Source of the DNA: Candidatus Bipolaricaulota bacterium | GTDB taxonomy: Bacteria > Patescibacteriota > Patescibacteriia > UBA11705 > DATKZF01 | Direction of reading: 5' to 3' | DNA: 64,000 nucleotides | Assembly (NCBI GenBank): GCA_035528115.1 | Contig: DATKZF010000001.1 | Coordinates: forward strand, 92,508 to 156,507 | Shown: one piece after another, positions 30,550 through 41,413 of the stretch | Layout of the letters: every line of letters starts with the position of its first letter | Numbering within the stretch: position 1 is the stretch's first letter | Position numbers and translations under genes: made by a program | The notes under the pieces: generated by a model | Told to the model about the DNA's origin: nothing | Databases searched by the model: none | The model's input: the letters and a program-made list of their open reading frames with translations, nothing else

Positions 30550-30999
30550 TTATTTAACCATTTTATCAATAAACAAAATGCCATTTAAATGATCCACCTC
30601 ATGCTGAATCACTCTGGCGAACATGCCCTCGGCGTTAATTTCAAGCGGCTCGCCTTTCAAGGTCAATGTTTTGACTTTTATTTGTTTATGCCTCTTAACT
30701 TTCCCGAAAACGCCCGGAATGCTAAGGCATCCCTCTTCGTCAATTGATTTTCGAAAACTTCTTTTGATTATTTTGGGATTTATCAAAACCAAAACACCAT
30801 CCTCGGTATTGATCAAACAAACTTGAATGTTTTTGCCTATTTGCGGAGCGGCCAACCCAACACCATCTCGTTTCAACATAGTTTCTTTCATATCTGAAAT
30901 AAGCCGGTGAAATTCATCGGTTTTTATAAATTCAGGGCTGATCTCCTCATTTTTCGCCCTTAATATGTCGTTTGGATGTTTGACTATATATAGTATCAT
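30550..30999 (-). CDS. def: Peptide deformylase
   Basis: GVGLAAPQIG, EGCLS, QHEVDHLNG. Confidence 0.97.
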   Translation of the reverse strand: MILYIVKHPNDILRAKNEEISPEFIKTDEFHRLISDMKETMLKRDGVGLAAPQIGKNIQVCLINTEDGVLVLINPKIIKRSFRKSIDEEGCLSIPGVFGKVKRHKQIKVKTLTLKGEPLEINAEGMFARVIQHEVDHLNGILFIDKMVK

Positions 31000-31079
31000 A
31001 AAATATACGAGGTAAATATTGGTGAGTTAATCTGTATAATCTGGTATATTCATCTGTAATCTTGTAAATTCAAATTATA

Positions 31080-32924
31080 TTATAACAGATTCAAAGGGTT
31101 TTTGTCAATTATAACATCATCGCTCAAATTGGAGATAAATTCGTTTTCGGCTTCATTTTTCAATAACTTCACAGCCATTTGCCATACGTAATAATCCCTG
31201 ATTTTTTTGGTATAAGCGGGATAGGGGGGAGAAATTTCAAGGCCCGCGATTTCTTTGATTTTTTCGTAAATATCATCGGCTTTTTTTTGTGCGGCAATTT
31301 CTGATTTATCCCGAACAATAATTTTGAACAGCGAAAAATAAGGGGGATATTTGAACTGTTTTCTTACAAATAATTCCTTTTTGTAAAATTCGATCGGGGA
31401 TAATAAAAAATCGCAGACCGCGAAATTATTCAAAAAATTGCTCTGAATCAAAAATTTCAAATTATTATTTTGTGAATAAAGCATGGCCACCGTTTTTCGA
31501 AGATCCCCGAAAATTTTCCCTGAATATGAAAAATCGGGCAAATAAAACAAACTGTCAAAATAGGCCAAAGCGGCTCGATCATATATTCTATCATCATCAA
31601 TCAACGAGGGCAGCCCGACGGTAATATCCGGGTAAGCGTATTTCTTTTTTATGAATTCGCTGAATCCGGCTTCGCCGATGCCAGAGGAGAAAAGATTCAC
31701 CCCGCCGCAATTAGAGCAATTTACCGGCATTTCAAAATATTTCAAACAATGATGGCAAAATAATTTATTTCCCGGATAAACGGTCAGGGGCAATTTGCAG
31801 TTTTCGCATTCAATGATTTTTTCGCAATCTTTGCAAATAAGCGAGCCGGCCACTCCTCTCTTGTTGACCAAAAGTAAGATCTTTTCTTTTTTTTCAATAC
31901 CTTTTTTAATGAATTGATCCAAGTTGTCCGTCAAATAATAATTTTCCCCGCCGCTTGAAAAAACCACGCGCTGTATATTTTTTTCAGGCATTGTTTGGCC
32001 TATTGATATCATTTTGAATTTTTCTTGCGCGCAGCGATAATAATCCTCAACTTTGGGCGCGAAACCGGACACAATCAGCTTGGCCGGCAAAAACTCTGCG
32101 AGCTTAAACGCGAGCTCGCTCGCTTGATATCTGGGACTTTGATCCCATTGCTTGTAATCATCCGCTTCGGCGCGATCAATCACTATTTCCGCAACGTTTT
32201 TCAGGTTAAAAAACAAGGCGGAGCGCGTGCCGATAAGCACTTTGAATTGGTTATCCGCGACCAACCGATAATATTCCAAATATTTGTTTTTACTGGTTTT
32301 GTAGGCCTTGCTGTCTAAAATCACCGCGACTTTTTTAACCTCCGGAGGCAAGAGATCGTAAAACTTGGAAATTTCAGCCACGGTCGGAAAAAGAAACAAT
32401 ATCTGACGCTTGGATTTGGTTCGCAGCGCGGCCAGATCGGCGTAAAACTCGGTCATCAGACGCGTATTGTTATTTATCAGTAAACAGCCCTTTTCTTTCC
32501 CCGAAAATATCGTTTTGGCCAAGTTCAAAGACTTGCCGGTCGATTCGATCTTTTTTCCGGTTTCCAAACCTTCCTTTTTTCCGTATTCTCCTCGTTTTTT
32601 CGGAAAATCCGGCAAAATCAATTTAACGGACGAAGCCAAAGAATAATGATAGTATTCGCTGAACCATTTTATGAATTTTATCTGATATTCGGAGATCAAC
32701 TCAGAGTCCTCAATCGCTAACACTTCCTTTAATTTGTATTTTGAAGGGCCGCGCTGATCAAACACTTCGGCGACCAAACCCAGCATCTTGCTGTTTTTGA
32801 ATATTATGGAAACAATGGCGCCGGGATTACAGACCGAAATCAAATTTTCAGGCACAATATAATCAAAAGCCTCCAGTTTTCTGGGTAATTTTTTCAGCGG
32901 TATAATTTTAGCTGTTTTGTTCAT
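31080..32924 (-). CDS. priA: Primosomal protein N' (PriA), helicase motifs degenerate
   Basis: FDYIVP 3'-binding domain, IGTRSALF, YKQ..PRY, NKRG, four CxxC, YPPY. No GxxGSGKT or DEEH. Confidence 0.8.
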   Translation of the reverse strand: MNKTAKIIPLKKLPRKLEAFDYIVPENLISVCNPGAIVSIIFKNSKMLGLVAEVFDQRGPSKYKLKEVLAIEDSELISEYQIKFIKWFSEYYHYSLASSVKLILPDFPKKRGEYGKKEGLETGKKIESTGKSLNLAKTIFSGKEKGCLLINNNTRLMTEFYADLAALRTKSKRQILFLFPTVAEISKFYDLLPPEVKKVAVILDSKAYKTSKNKYLEYYRLVADNQFKVLIGTRSALFFNLKNVAEIVIDRAEADDYKQWDQSPRYQASELAFKLAEFLPAKLIVSGFAPKVEDYYRCAQEKFKMISIGQTMPEKNIQRVVFSSGGENYYLTDNLDQFIKKGIEKKEKILLLVNKRGVAGSLICKDCEKIIECENCKLPLTVYPGNKLFCHHCLKYFEMPVNCSNCGGVNLFSSGIGEAGFSEFIKKKYAYPDITVGLPSLIDDDRIYDRAALAYFDSLFYLPDFSYSGKIFGDLRKTVAMLYSQNNNLKFLIQSNFLNNFAVCDFLLSPIEFYKKELFVRKQFKYPPYFSLFKIIVRDKSEIAAQKKADDIYEKIKEIAGLEISPPYPAYTKKIRDYYVWQMAVKLLKNEAENEFISNLSDDVIIDKNPLNLL

Positions 32925-33086
32925 ACCCGTATTTTATCAAGGAACGGATAAAATAAACAGGGCGCGGATTGCTCGCGTTCACGCGCGTAGAGGCGGAATA
33001 ATATTTCACCCCCCGCAATGGCAACGTCGTTATCCGCTGCCGACAAAAAAAACGCCGCGGCAGCGACGATTTGATGTTATTGGAAA

Positions 33087-33878
33087 TTATTTAAAGACAA
33101 ATTGTCCAACCAAATACCCGACGCCAAAAGGCGCTTCATATGATAAGACTTCGAATTCATAATTCATATTTTTCACCACTCCCAGCAAAATCAAAATTGA
33201 TCTCAAGCCGCATTCTCCGGCTTCCTCGATCAAATCTTTATCCATATTGACAATGTTTTCCGGTTTTTGGGCTTTGAGCAATTGGATCAACTTTTTATCG
33301 AATTCCTTGCCGCGTTTGGAAAAGCCCGCCGGAGCGTCTTTACTCAATCGATGAGACAAATCTCCGGACGCCACGATAGCGATTCTTTTATCCGAATTGA
33401 ATATGGCTTCTTTTAACGCTTTGCCGAATTCAATGTGACGCTGATAACTCAAAAGGCAATAATTAATCGGCACTATTTTTACTTTTTCAAGTCCGGCCGC
33501 CAAATAATAAAGAGGTACCGAACTGCCATGATCCAAATTCTGATGTTGACTTAGGAAAATAGGCAAATCCGTTTCCACCTGTTCTTTGAAACGATTGATG
33601 AATTCTAAGTCGGGTTTATACTTGAATTTGGTTTGAAAGTCGCCAAACTGCTCAAAATCAGCCGAGTATTCGGCGTTGGTATTGATATTGAAAGCGTCAG
33701 CGAAAAATTCTCCGTGCGGTGATATGACAATAATGATTTCCGGGTTCGCCGCGATCAAATCCTTATTCAGTTCTTTAAGCGAAACGATTGTTTTTTCCAC
33801 CTTATTAATATTATCCTTGCCGATGCTGGGAATAATAATCGGCGGATGGGGGACGATTGAAGCGAAAACTAATGGCAT
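33087..33878 (-). CDS. MEMO1/LigB-like protein (AmmeMemoRadiSam B-type)
   Basis: VPHPPIIIPSIG, ISPH, LDHG, ASGDLSHRL, AGECG, YEAPFGVGY. Confidence 0.85.
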   Translation of the reverse strand: MPLVFASIVPHPPIIIPSIGKDNINKVEKTIVSLKELNKDLIAANPEIIIVISPHGEFFADAFNINTNAEYSADFEQFGDFQTKFKYKPDLEFINRFKEQVETDLPIFLSQHQNLDHGSSVPLYYLAAGLEKVKIVPINYCLLSYQRHIEFGKALKEAIFNSDKRIAIVASGDLSHRLSKDAPAGFSKRGKEFDKKLIQLLKAQKPENIVNMDKDLIEEAGECGLRSILILLGVVKNMNYEFEVLSYEAPFGVGYLVGQFVFK

Positions 33879-33884
33879 AATGTT

Positions 33885-35288
33885 TTATTCGGTTTCCGTG
33901 TAATTTAAAGTGATTTCGGCGCCGTTCTCTATATTTACAATAGTAGATGGATCAATGACTTTAATGTTTGTCCATTTGTAGCCGATGGCGTCAAAAACCT
34001 GCTCGTTATCAATTAAGCACTTTTTGCCGTTGGAAATGACATAAACATTGGGAGCGTCGTAGGATTTAATCAAAGCACCGTCGCGCATCGAAATGGGCTC
34101 GCCTCTGGTGTATTTGGCCAATTCGTCCGAGGTTACTTGCCTCAACGATTGCCCCGCGTAATTGATTTCCAGTAAATATTTATTGATGATCGGATATTTA
34201 ATGCCGTTTTGAACGAAATATACTCCTCCGGTCTGATTGTCCTGCAACAGGGCTCCGGCCGGATAGGCCGTGTTCATGGTGATGGGTTCGCCGGCCGGAT
34301 AGGATTCGGCTTCAGCTTTTGTTATTTCAATGATTTCTTCCAAATTGAAACCTATGGTTTTGAAAACATCTTTGCTTTCGACTTTTCTGAGCTTATCGTC
34401 GGACAAAAGATAAATAGTTCCATCAGGATCGGACAAAAGCGAGTATTGAGCGTATTTTATCACTGCGCCGGCGGGATACTGACTCAAAGAATTTTTATCA
34501 ACGATTAAAATATTTTCCGGATTATATCTTGAAACTAAGGCGCCCCAAGAATCAAATGGTTTTTTCTCGCCGTTTCGGATCAGCCATACGCCTTTTTCGC
34601 CGTCAGCTCGCACAATTGATCCGTCCGGATATTTTTGAATAAAATATCTATTCCATAACTTCCAAAAATTATAATTGCCGTGCAGGTGCGGCGTGTAAAT
34701 ATAGAGATTGGCCGTCGCCTGATTGTAAATGGTGACATCTTCATCGTCGATTTGATAAGTGCCGCCTTTTTGAAACAAAAATTTGTGGGAATTTTCCGTG
34801 TAATATTTCATGGCGCCGGCCGCGCAATCGACTTGTTTGGCAAATCCTTTGAATTTTTGAATGGCCGGATCGTCTTTGGAACATGAATCGCAAACCGCAT
34901 ATCCTGTCGCCCAAGCCAATTGATTTTCCGACGGATCCGGATCTTCCAACAAACTTTGTTCTTTTTGCAAAACAACCATCAAATACTTCGGATTCACTCC
35001 GTATCTTTTGGCCGCCAAATAGATGATTTGCGCCGCATCCTTGACCTCGCCATCAATGTCTTCAAAAATCATGTCTTTTAATTTGCCCGGCTGAGACATC
35101 AAAAACAATCTGACGTTTTTCTCGTCCATGGCCGAATCATTAAAAAGCTCGAAATCCGAAATAATCAGTCCCGGATCGAATTCCGCCGCCTTGGCAACAC
35201 CAAAAGCGGGGGATAATAATAAACCGCAAACAGCGACATAAAACAAGATTTTTTTGGCCATATTTATTTTGATGAAGTTATTTGTCAT
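33885..35288 (-). CDS. Secreted cell-envelope protein (lysozyme-like N domain plus beta repeats)
   Basis: Signal peptide; FDPGLIISD, VNPKYLMVVLQKEQSL, LYIYTPH; repeated G-x-L-x(5-6)-VY units. ATG is 7 nt after TATAAT. Confidence 0.6.
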   Translation of the reverse strand: MTNNFIKINMAKKILFYVAVCGLLLSPAFGVAKAAEFDPGLIISDFELFNDSAMDEKNVRLFLMSQPGKLKDMIFEDIDGEVKDAAQIIYLAAKRYGVNPKYLMVVLQKEQSLLEDPDPSENQLAWATGYAVCDSCSKDDPAIQKFKGFAKQVDCAAGAMKYYTENSHKFLFQKGGTYQIDDEDVTIYNQATANLYIYTPHLHGNYNFWKLWNRYFIQKYPDGSIVRADGEKGVWLIRNGEKKPFDSWGALVSRYNPENILIVDKNSLSQYPAGAVIKYAQYSLLSDPDGTIYLLSDDKLRKVESKDVFKTIGFNLEEIIEITKAEAESYPAGEPITMNTAYPAGALLQDNQTGGVYFVQNGIKYPIINKYLLEINYAGQSLRQVTSDELAKYTRGEPISMRDGALIKSYDAPNVYVISNGKKCLIDNEQVFDAIGYKWTNIKVIDPSTIVNIENGAEITLNYTETE

Positions 35289-35365
35289 ATTTAACATTAT
35301 AGTGGATAGCTTGCGATAATGCAAAGCGTATAAAGATGAAGACGCCGACCATTATCAATAATTAC

Positions 35366-35448
35366 AAAAACCGCGGTCGGCGACATCGTCGCCGGCGTAG
35401 GAACAATTGCCCTGTTCCTACGCGCGCGAACGCGCGACCACGGTTTTT
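35366..35448. repeat. Multi-hairpin GTAG-type REP-like element at the clpB 3' end
   Basis: Outer AAAAACCG..CGGTTTTT; inner GGCGAC/GTCGCC and GCGTAGGAACA/TGTTCCTACGC. Confidence 0.65.
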
Positions 35449-38077
35449 ATGAAAAATTGATTTTGCCATCGCTAAAATCAGCCGTAACGGTTTTTTGTTC
35501 ATTGATTTTATTGGTAACAATGCGCATGGCCAATTCATCCAAAATCTCATTTTGAATAACTCTTTTAAGCGGTCGAGCTCCATAAGCGGGATCAAAACCT
35601 TTTCGTGTCAAAAACTCCTTTAATTTATTCGTAAATTCTATAATGATCTGTTTTTTGGCCAATCTTTCCTTTATTTTAACCAACTGAAGTTCAACGATCG
35701 ATGCCAAATCGCTTTTAGATAAGCTTTCAAAGACAATAATATCATCAACTCTATTTAAAAATTCCGGTTTGAATCTTTCTTTCAGTAAATCCAATACTTT
35801 ATTTTTCATATTATCTCTCGATGAGGCTTTGTTATTCGCTTCGGCAAAGCCTATTTCTCCGCGCTGCGCCATTTGCAAAATCAAATCACTGCCGATATTT
35901 GAAGTCATTATAATAACCGTATTTTTAAAATTAACCACTCGACCTCGAGAATCGGTCAATCTGCCGTCATCTAACAATTGCAAAAGGGAATTGAACACTT
36001 CCGGATGAGCTTTCTCGATTTCGTCGAACAAAACCACGGAATACGGTTTTCTTCTGACCGCTTCGGTCAATTGTCCGCCTTCCTCGTGTCCGACATAGCC
36101 CGGAGGGGAGCCGATGAATTTGGCCACCGAGTGCCGCTCCATGTATTCGGACATATCGATTCTGATCATGGCGTTTTCGTCATTGAACATGAATTCCGCC
36201 AAAGCCTTGGCCAATTCGGTTTTACCCACGCCCGTCGGACCCAAAAAGATGAACGAGCCTATTGGTCGAGACTCTTCGGACAAGCCGGCTCGCGAACGTC
36301 GCAAGGCGTTGGCTACGGCGCCCACGGCTTTTGTTTGCCCGATAACTCTTTTTTGCAATTCCATTTCCGCATCCGCCAATTTTTCTATTTCGGATTGAAG
36401 CATTTTGGTAACGGGAATGCCGGTCCATTTCGAAACCACCGCGGCAATATCCTCGGCAGTGACCTCTTCTTTCAATATTTGCTTGCCGCCGGGGCCGGTC
36501 TGGAATTTAGCCAACGCTTCTTTTTGAGCCAAGATTTCCTTTTCGAGTTCGGGTATTTTGCCGTATCTGATCTCGGCCACCTTGTCGTATTCGGACTTTC
36601 TTTCCAAAATCTCCGCTTCTTGTTTTAATTTTTCAATTTCTTTGCTGGCTTCCTGAATTTTGGAAATGATTTCCTTTTCTTTTTTCCAATGAATTTCCAG
36701 CTGATTGGAAGATTCCTTCAATCCCGCCAATTGCTTTTCAAGTTCAGCCAATTTGGCAACGGAGTCTTCGTTTTTTTCCTTGCTTAAAGCCTGCTTTTCG
36801 ATCTCCAAGGTTTTAATCTTTCTTTGCAATTGATCCAATTCGTCAGGCATGCTGTTAATTTCAATTCTAAGCGCGGAAGTGGCTTCGTCAATCAAATCAA
36901 TGGCCTTATCAGGCAAAAATCTGTCTGAAATGTATCGTTGAGACAAGGCCACGGCCGAAACAATGGCGTCGTCAGTGATTCGCACGCCGTGATGGACTTC
37001 ATATTTTTCTTTGATGCCTCTTAAAATGGAGATGGCGTCTTCGCTCGACGGCTCGGAAACCAAGACGGGCTGAAATCTTCTTTCCAGCGCCGCGTCTTTT
37101 TCAATATATTTTCGATATTCTTTGATGGTCGTGGCGCCGACGCAGCGCAATTCGCCTCTGGCCAAGGCGGGCTTTAGCAAATTTGAAGCGTCCATGGCTC
37201 CTTCCGTGGCTCCGGCGCCGACAATGGTGTGGAGTTCATCGATAAAAACGATGAATTTATCTTTATTATTGTGAATTTCTTTCAAAACCGCTTTCAACCG
37301 GTCTTCGAATTCGCCGCGAAATTTGGAACCCGCGATCAAACTGCCCAAGTCAAGAGCGATGAGTTCTTTATTGGCCAAATTTTCCGGCACATCGCCTGAG
37401 ACGATTCGTTGAGCCAATCCTTCGGCAATGGCCGTTTTACCCGTGCCGGGCTCGCCGATCAATACCGGATTGTTTTTCGTTCTTCTGGATAAAACTTGCA
37501 GCACTCGTCTGATTTCGTCATTTCTGCCGATAACCGGATCCAATTTTTCTTCTCTCGCCAGCTGAGTTAAATTAACGGTGTATTTTTCCAAAGCTTGGTA
37601 TTTATTTTCCGGTTCTTGATCAGTGACCTTTTGCTTGCCCCGCACCTCGGATAATATTTTCAATACTTGCTCGTATGAAATTTCATTTTCAAACAATATT
37701 TTTTGCGCGTCGCTATCCACGTTGATCAGTGTCAAAAACAAATGCTCGGTGCTGATGAATTCATCACCCAGACTTTCCGCCATCTTTTCCGAATTGCCCA
37801 GAACGTAATTGAAAGCGGGGGAGACCAGCAATTGCCCGGCTTCGTTCGCCGTTTGGCCTTTCGGCAGGGCCCTGAGCGCGTTTTCGGTCGAAGCGATGAT
37901 GGCGTTAACGTTTTTATCCAATTTTTTTATGACCGTCAAAACAATACTGTCGTTTTGCTTAAGTAAAGCATACAAAAGATGCAGGACGTCCAATTGAGGA
38001 TTCTTGTATTCGAAAGCCGCATTTTGGGCGTTTTGAAGCGCCTCCTGAGATTTTATGGTGAATTTGTTGATATTCAT
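35447..38077 (-). CDS. clpB: ATP-dependent chaperone ClpB
   Basis: Clp-N repeats, GEPGTGKT, coiled-coil M domain, [15 protein letters not shown]. Confidence 0.97.
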   Translation of the reverse strand: MNINKFTIKSQEALQNAQNAAFEYKNPQLDVLHLLYALLKQNDSIVLTVIKKLDKNVNAIIASTENALRALPKGQTANEAGQLLVSPAFNYVLGNSEKMAESLGDEFISTEHLFLTLINVDSDAQKILFENEISYEQVLKILSEVRGKQKVTDQEPENKYQALEKYTVNLTQLAREEKLDPVIGRNDEIRRVLQVLSRRTKNNPVLIGEPGTGKTAIAEGLAQRIVSGDVPENLANKELIALDLGSLIAGSKFRGEFEDRLKAVLKEIHNNKDKFIVFIDELHTIVGAGATEGAMDASNLLKPALARGELRCVGATTIKEYRKYIEKDAALERRFQPVLVSEPSSEDAISILRGIKEKYEVHHGVRITDDAIVSAVALSQRYISDRFLPDKAIDLIDEATSALRIEINSMPDELDQLQRKIKTLEIEKQALSKEKNEDSVAKLAELEKQLAGLKESSNQLEIHWKKEKEIISKIQEASKEIEKLKQEAEILERKSEYDKVAEIRYGKIPELEKEILAQKEALAKFQTGPGGKQILKEEVTAEDIAAVVSKWTGIPVTKMLQSEIEKLADAEMELQKRVIGQTKAVGAVANALRRSRAGLSEESRPIGSFIFLGPTGVGKTELAKALAEFMFNDENAMIRIDMSEYMERHSVAKFIGSPPGYVGHEEGGQLTEAVRRKPYSVVLFDEIEKAHPEVFNSLLQLLDDGRLTDSRGRVVNFKNTVIIMTSNIGSDLILQMAQRGEIGFAEANNKASSRDNMKNKVLDLLKERFKPEFLNRVDDIIVFESLSKSDLASIVELQLVKIKERLAKKQIIIEFTNKLKEFLTRKGFDPAYGARPLKRVIQNEILDELAMRIVTNKINEQKTVTADFSDGKINFS

Positions 38078-38185
38078 AAGGTTACAAATAATTATTTCGA
38101 GTAGGACAAGCTTGGTTGTGGTTTTTCGTTACGAATGGTTACAAATAGTATGCGATCGTCGATTTTGTCACAAATTATATAGTAT

Positions 38186-38212
38186 TTAGCACTCTTGATA
38201 CATGACTGCTAA
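38186..38212. promoter_or_regulatory. CIRCE element (HrcA operator) upstream of clpB
   Basis: TTAGCACTC-N9-GACTGCTAA (1 mismatch to consensus), just downstream of the minus-strand TTGACA-16-TACAAT at 38243-38216. Confidence 0.88.
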
Positions 38213-38303
38213 TATATTGTACCAAATAAAAAATGCCTGTCAAGGCATGCGTCACATAACACGTAACATGAATCATCAAACATGGGGAGACCGATACTTC
38301 TTT

Positions 38304-39311
38304 TTATAAAACAAACGGCAGTTCTATCCCGCATTTTGGACAAACTTTGTTATTTCGATACTTTTCTTCAATAATATACCCGCGGCGCAAAATCAAAAGC
38401 TCTCCGCATTCGGTGCAATAAGTGTCTTCGTATTTTGAAGTTTTTAAATTGCCCGCATAAACAAAACTCAAATCATTATCCTTGGCGATGCGAATGGCGT
38501 TTTCGATCGAGCTTTCCGGCGTCGGTGGCAATGAATCCAATTTGTATTCCGGACAAAAAGCGGTCAGGTGCCAAGGGGTGTCACTGCCCAAATCAAAACG
38601 GATGAATTTGGCCATCTTGGAAACCTCTTCGTCCGAGTCGTTTAAGCCAGGGATGAGCAAAGTGGTAACTTCCAAATGAACTTTGGATTTGGACACTCTG
38701 ATCAGCGAGTCTTTGACATGTTTGAACTTGGCTCCGCAGATTTTGTTATAATTATCTTCCGTAAAAAATTTCAAATCAATGTTTATGGCGTCCAAATACG
38801 GTTCAATCAATTCAAACGTTTCCTTGGTGAAATACCCGTTTGATACCCAAACATTGAACAGTCCCTCTTTTTTGGCTTGTTTCATAACTTCCAGCGCGTA
38901 CTCGACGTAAATCGTCGGCTCGGTGTAAGTGTAAGCGATGCTTTTACAATTCAGGCTTTTTGCGGAATTGACCACTTGCCAAGGAGCCACGTCTTCTCCG
39001 GGAATTTCATCGAGCGGAGAAACTTGAGATATTGAATAATTTTGACAATGCAGACATCTAAAATTACAGCCCACGCTGGCTATCGAGTAAGAGAGAGATC
39101 CGGGCAAAAAATGAAACAGCGGCTTTTTCTCTATAGGATCAACATTTTGCGAAATCAATTTGCCGTAATTCAAACTGAAAAGAATGCCGTCAATATTTTG
39201 CCTGACCTGACACAAGCCTTTTTGGCCAGGATTGATTAAACAACCTTGCAAGCAATTGAAACATTTTATGGAGTGTTCTTTTGAGTTCTCCCAATTAATG
39301 GCTTCCTTCAT
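38304..39311 (-). CDS. amrS: AmmeMemoRadiSam radical SAM enzyme
   Basis: DPIEKKPLFHF, GCNFRCLHCQN, AYTYTEP, HLEVTTLLIPG, YAGN..TYC. Confidence 0.93.
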   Translation of the reverse strand: MKEAINWENSKEHSIKCFNCLQGCLINPGQKGLCQVRQNIDGILFSLNYGKLISQNVDPIEKKPLFHFLPGSLSYSIASVGCNFRCLHCQNYSISQVSPLDEIPGEDVAPWQVVNSAKSLNCKSIAYTYTEPTIYVEYALEVMKQAKKEGLFNVWVSNGYFTKETFELIEPYLDAINIDLKFFTEDNYNKICGAKFKHVKDSLIRVSKSKVHLEVTTLLIPGLNDSDEEVSKMAKFIRFDLGSDTPWHLTAFCPEYKLDSLPPTPESSIENAIRIAKDNDLSFVYAGNLKTSKYEDTYCTECGELLILRRGYIIEEKYRNNKVCPKCGIELPFVL

Positions 39312-39323
39312 AAATTATAAAGA

Positions 39324-39360
39324 CGTTACGAATTACAATATTCACAAACATCGTAATTTT
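39324..39360 (+). repeat. Fragment of the 134-bp element
   Basis: GTTACGAATTACAATATTC...CGTAATTT. Confidence 0.6.
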
Positions 39361-39447
39361 ACTTATATTTACACTGGCGCTGATTTAGGATATAATTAAA
39401 TACAATAATATTATATCAAAATTGAGATATAATTGAAATAGACGAAT

Positions 39448-39987
39448 ATGCGTTGCTTCTTGGCGATTGAAATACCTCAAAATGTAAAAAATCAAATTTT
39501 CGCCATGGTGAAGGAATTAAAGTCTTTGAATACTGAAAACCGGATAAAATGGACATCGCCCGACAATATGCATCTGACCATGCAATTTATCGGCGAAGTG
39601 GAGTATGATCGACTTGAAGCGGTCAAACAATCTTTGAGCAACATAAAATTCGCGCCGTTTGATATTGAATTTGACTTCAGGCCGAGCTATTTCCCGAATA
39701 AGACCAATCCTAACATTATTAAATTATCAATCATAAAAGGCGACCATGAACTTAAAAAAATCAATGAGTCCATCAAGGCCGGGCTGGACAAAGAGGGGAT
39801 TGAGTATGAAAAAAAGGATTTTTCTCCCCACCTTACATTAGGCCGAATAAAATATTTGAACGGGGAGTTTAAGGAAATAACTATTAGTAAAATTAACGGG
39901 TTTACTGTTCGGAATTTCAATTTATATTGCAGCGATTTGACCGAAGAAGGCCCCATTCACACCAAGCTGGCACAATTTAATTTATGA
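39448..39987 (+). CDS. thpR: RNA 2',3'-cyclic phosphodiesterase (2H family)
   Basis: MRCFLAI; two HxT motifs (HLTMQF, PHLTLGR). Confidence 0.9.
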   Translation: MRCFLAIEIPQNVKNQIFAMVKELKSLNTENRIKWTSPDNMHLTMQFIGEVEYDRLEAVKQSLSNIKFAPFDIEFDFRPSYFPNKTNPNIIKLSIIKGDHELKKINESIKAGLDKEGIEYEKKDFSPHLTLGRIKYLNGEFKEITISKINGFTVRNFNLYCSDLTEEGPIHTKLAQFNL

Positions 39988-41192
39988 AAAAATACGATAA
40001 AAATATTTCCACGATTTTGGGCGTAAATATTTCCCTCGATAATAAAAGCGAAATATTATTTAAGATCGGAGAATTTTTAAAATCAAAGACCGGGCATAAA
40101 ATTTATACACCTAATCCGGAAATCTGCTTGCTGGCGAACAGAGATCATAAATTCAAAAAATTGTTGAATTTTGCAGACATCAATATCGCGGATGGCTTCG
40201 GCCTTAAGGTTGGCGCGGCCATTTTGGGTCAAAAAATTCCCAATCGCCTGACCGGCGTGGATTTAACTTGGGATATCTTAAACATAGCCAGTCAAAACGG
40301 TTATCGAGTTATGCTGCTCGGCGGAGCCGGCAAGGTGGCCAAAACAGCGGCGAAAAACATTAAACAGCAACTGCCAAACATCAACATCGTGGGCGCGGGC
40401 GAGGGGATTGAAATAAAATATCAGCGCGGAAGCATTGCTTATGATATCAATAAAAACAATAAAGTCTTGGATTTTATAAATAAGGCTCAAGCAGATATTG
40501 TTTTCGTGGCTTTTGACGCGGCCAAGCAAGTTTATTGGATCGATCAAAATTTATTGAAGCTCAAAACCGTCAAACTGGCCATGGGAGTGGGTGGAACATT
40601 TGACTTTATGGCCGCCAAAGTAAAAAGGTCTCCAAGCTGGCTGAGAAAAATCGGTCTGGAATGGCTTTTCAGATTGCTGAAACAGCCCAAACGAATCAAA
40701 AGAATTCTAAACGCCGTAATTGTTTTTCCACTGATCTGCTTAAAATGGAGAATAGGCTGGCTCTGCAAATATAGACCGAATCTGCTCAACATTATCTACA
40801 ATAAAAACAATGAAATTTTATTGATGCTTAATCCCAGATTCAATTACTGGACATTGCCTCAAGGCGGGGTGGAAAAAAACGAGGATTTGCGCTCAGCGGG
40901 CAAAAGAGAATTGAATGAAGAATTGGGTTTGCCCGAAGATAAAATCGAATTGATAAAAATCCTGCCCGATGAATACAAGTATGACTGGCCCGACTGGGCG
41001 AGATTAAAACAGCCATACAAAGGCCAGAAACAAAAATTCGCGCAATGGAGATTTATGGGCGAGGAAAATGATTTCAAATTCAGGCGCTCGGATGAAGCTC
41101 AGAAAATACAGTGGGTCAAGAAAGAAAATATTTTCAAGGTGCTGGCCAAAGTGAGGCAAGAAACGATTAAAAAAATCTTTGATAAAATTTAA
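39984..41192 (+). CDS. WecB/TagA/CpsF glycosyltransferase fused to a C-terminal NUDIX (RppH-like) domain
   Basis: TPNPE, ADGFG, GVGGTFD, GLEWLFRL; then PQGGVEKNEDLRSAGKRELNEELGL and YKGQKQK. Confidence 0.85.
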   Translation: MKKYDKNISTILGVNISLDNKSEILFKIGEFLKSKTGHKIYTPNPEICLLANRDHKFKKLLNFADINIADGFGLKVGAAILGQKIPNRLTGVDLTWDILNIASQNGYRVMLLGGAGKVAKTAAKNIKQQLPNINIVGAGEGIEIKYQRGSIAYDINKNNKVLDFINKAQADIVFVAFDAAKQVYWIDQNLLKLKTVKLAMGVGGTFDFMAAKVKRSPSWLRKIGLEWLFRLLKQPKRIKRILNAVIVFPLICLKWRIGWLCKYRPNLLNIIYNKNNEILLMLNPRFNYWTLPQGGVEKNEDLRSAGKRELNEELGLPEDKIELIKILPDEYKYDWPDWARLKQPYKGQKQKFAQWRFMGEENDFKFRRSDEAQKIQWVKKENIFKVLAKVRQETIKKIFDKI

Positions 41193-41197
41193 AATTC

Positions 41198-41331
41198 GTT
41201 ACGAATTACAGTCATCTTTTAGGCTTTCAGGTTATTTGTTACAAATTACAATCTTCTCAGGCATAAAGCTATAAATGAACGTACTTCGCAACAACCGCAT
41301 AGAAGCTAACCGGAAGAATGTAATTTGTAAC
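41198..41331 (+). repeat. 134-bp nested-palindrome element, copy 3
   Basis: GTTACGAATTACA-27-GTTACAAATTACA-29-CGTACTTCGCAAC-26-TGTAATTTGTAAC. Confidence 0.9.
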
Positions 41332-41347
41332 TTTTTTAAAATACTGA

Positions 41348-41376
41348 ACCCGCGAAGAATGACCTCGCGGGTTTTT
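41348..41376. terminator. Terminator between convergent genes
   Basis: AACCCGCGA..TCGCGGGTTTTT. Confidence 0.65.
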
Positions 41377-41413
41377 GGGTAGGATTTGGGGGTGGGTGAG
41401 TTACCGGTGGGAA

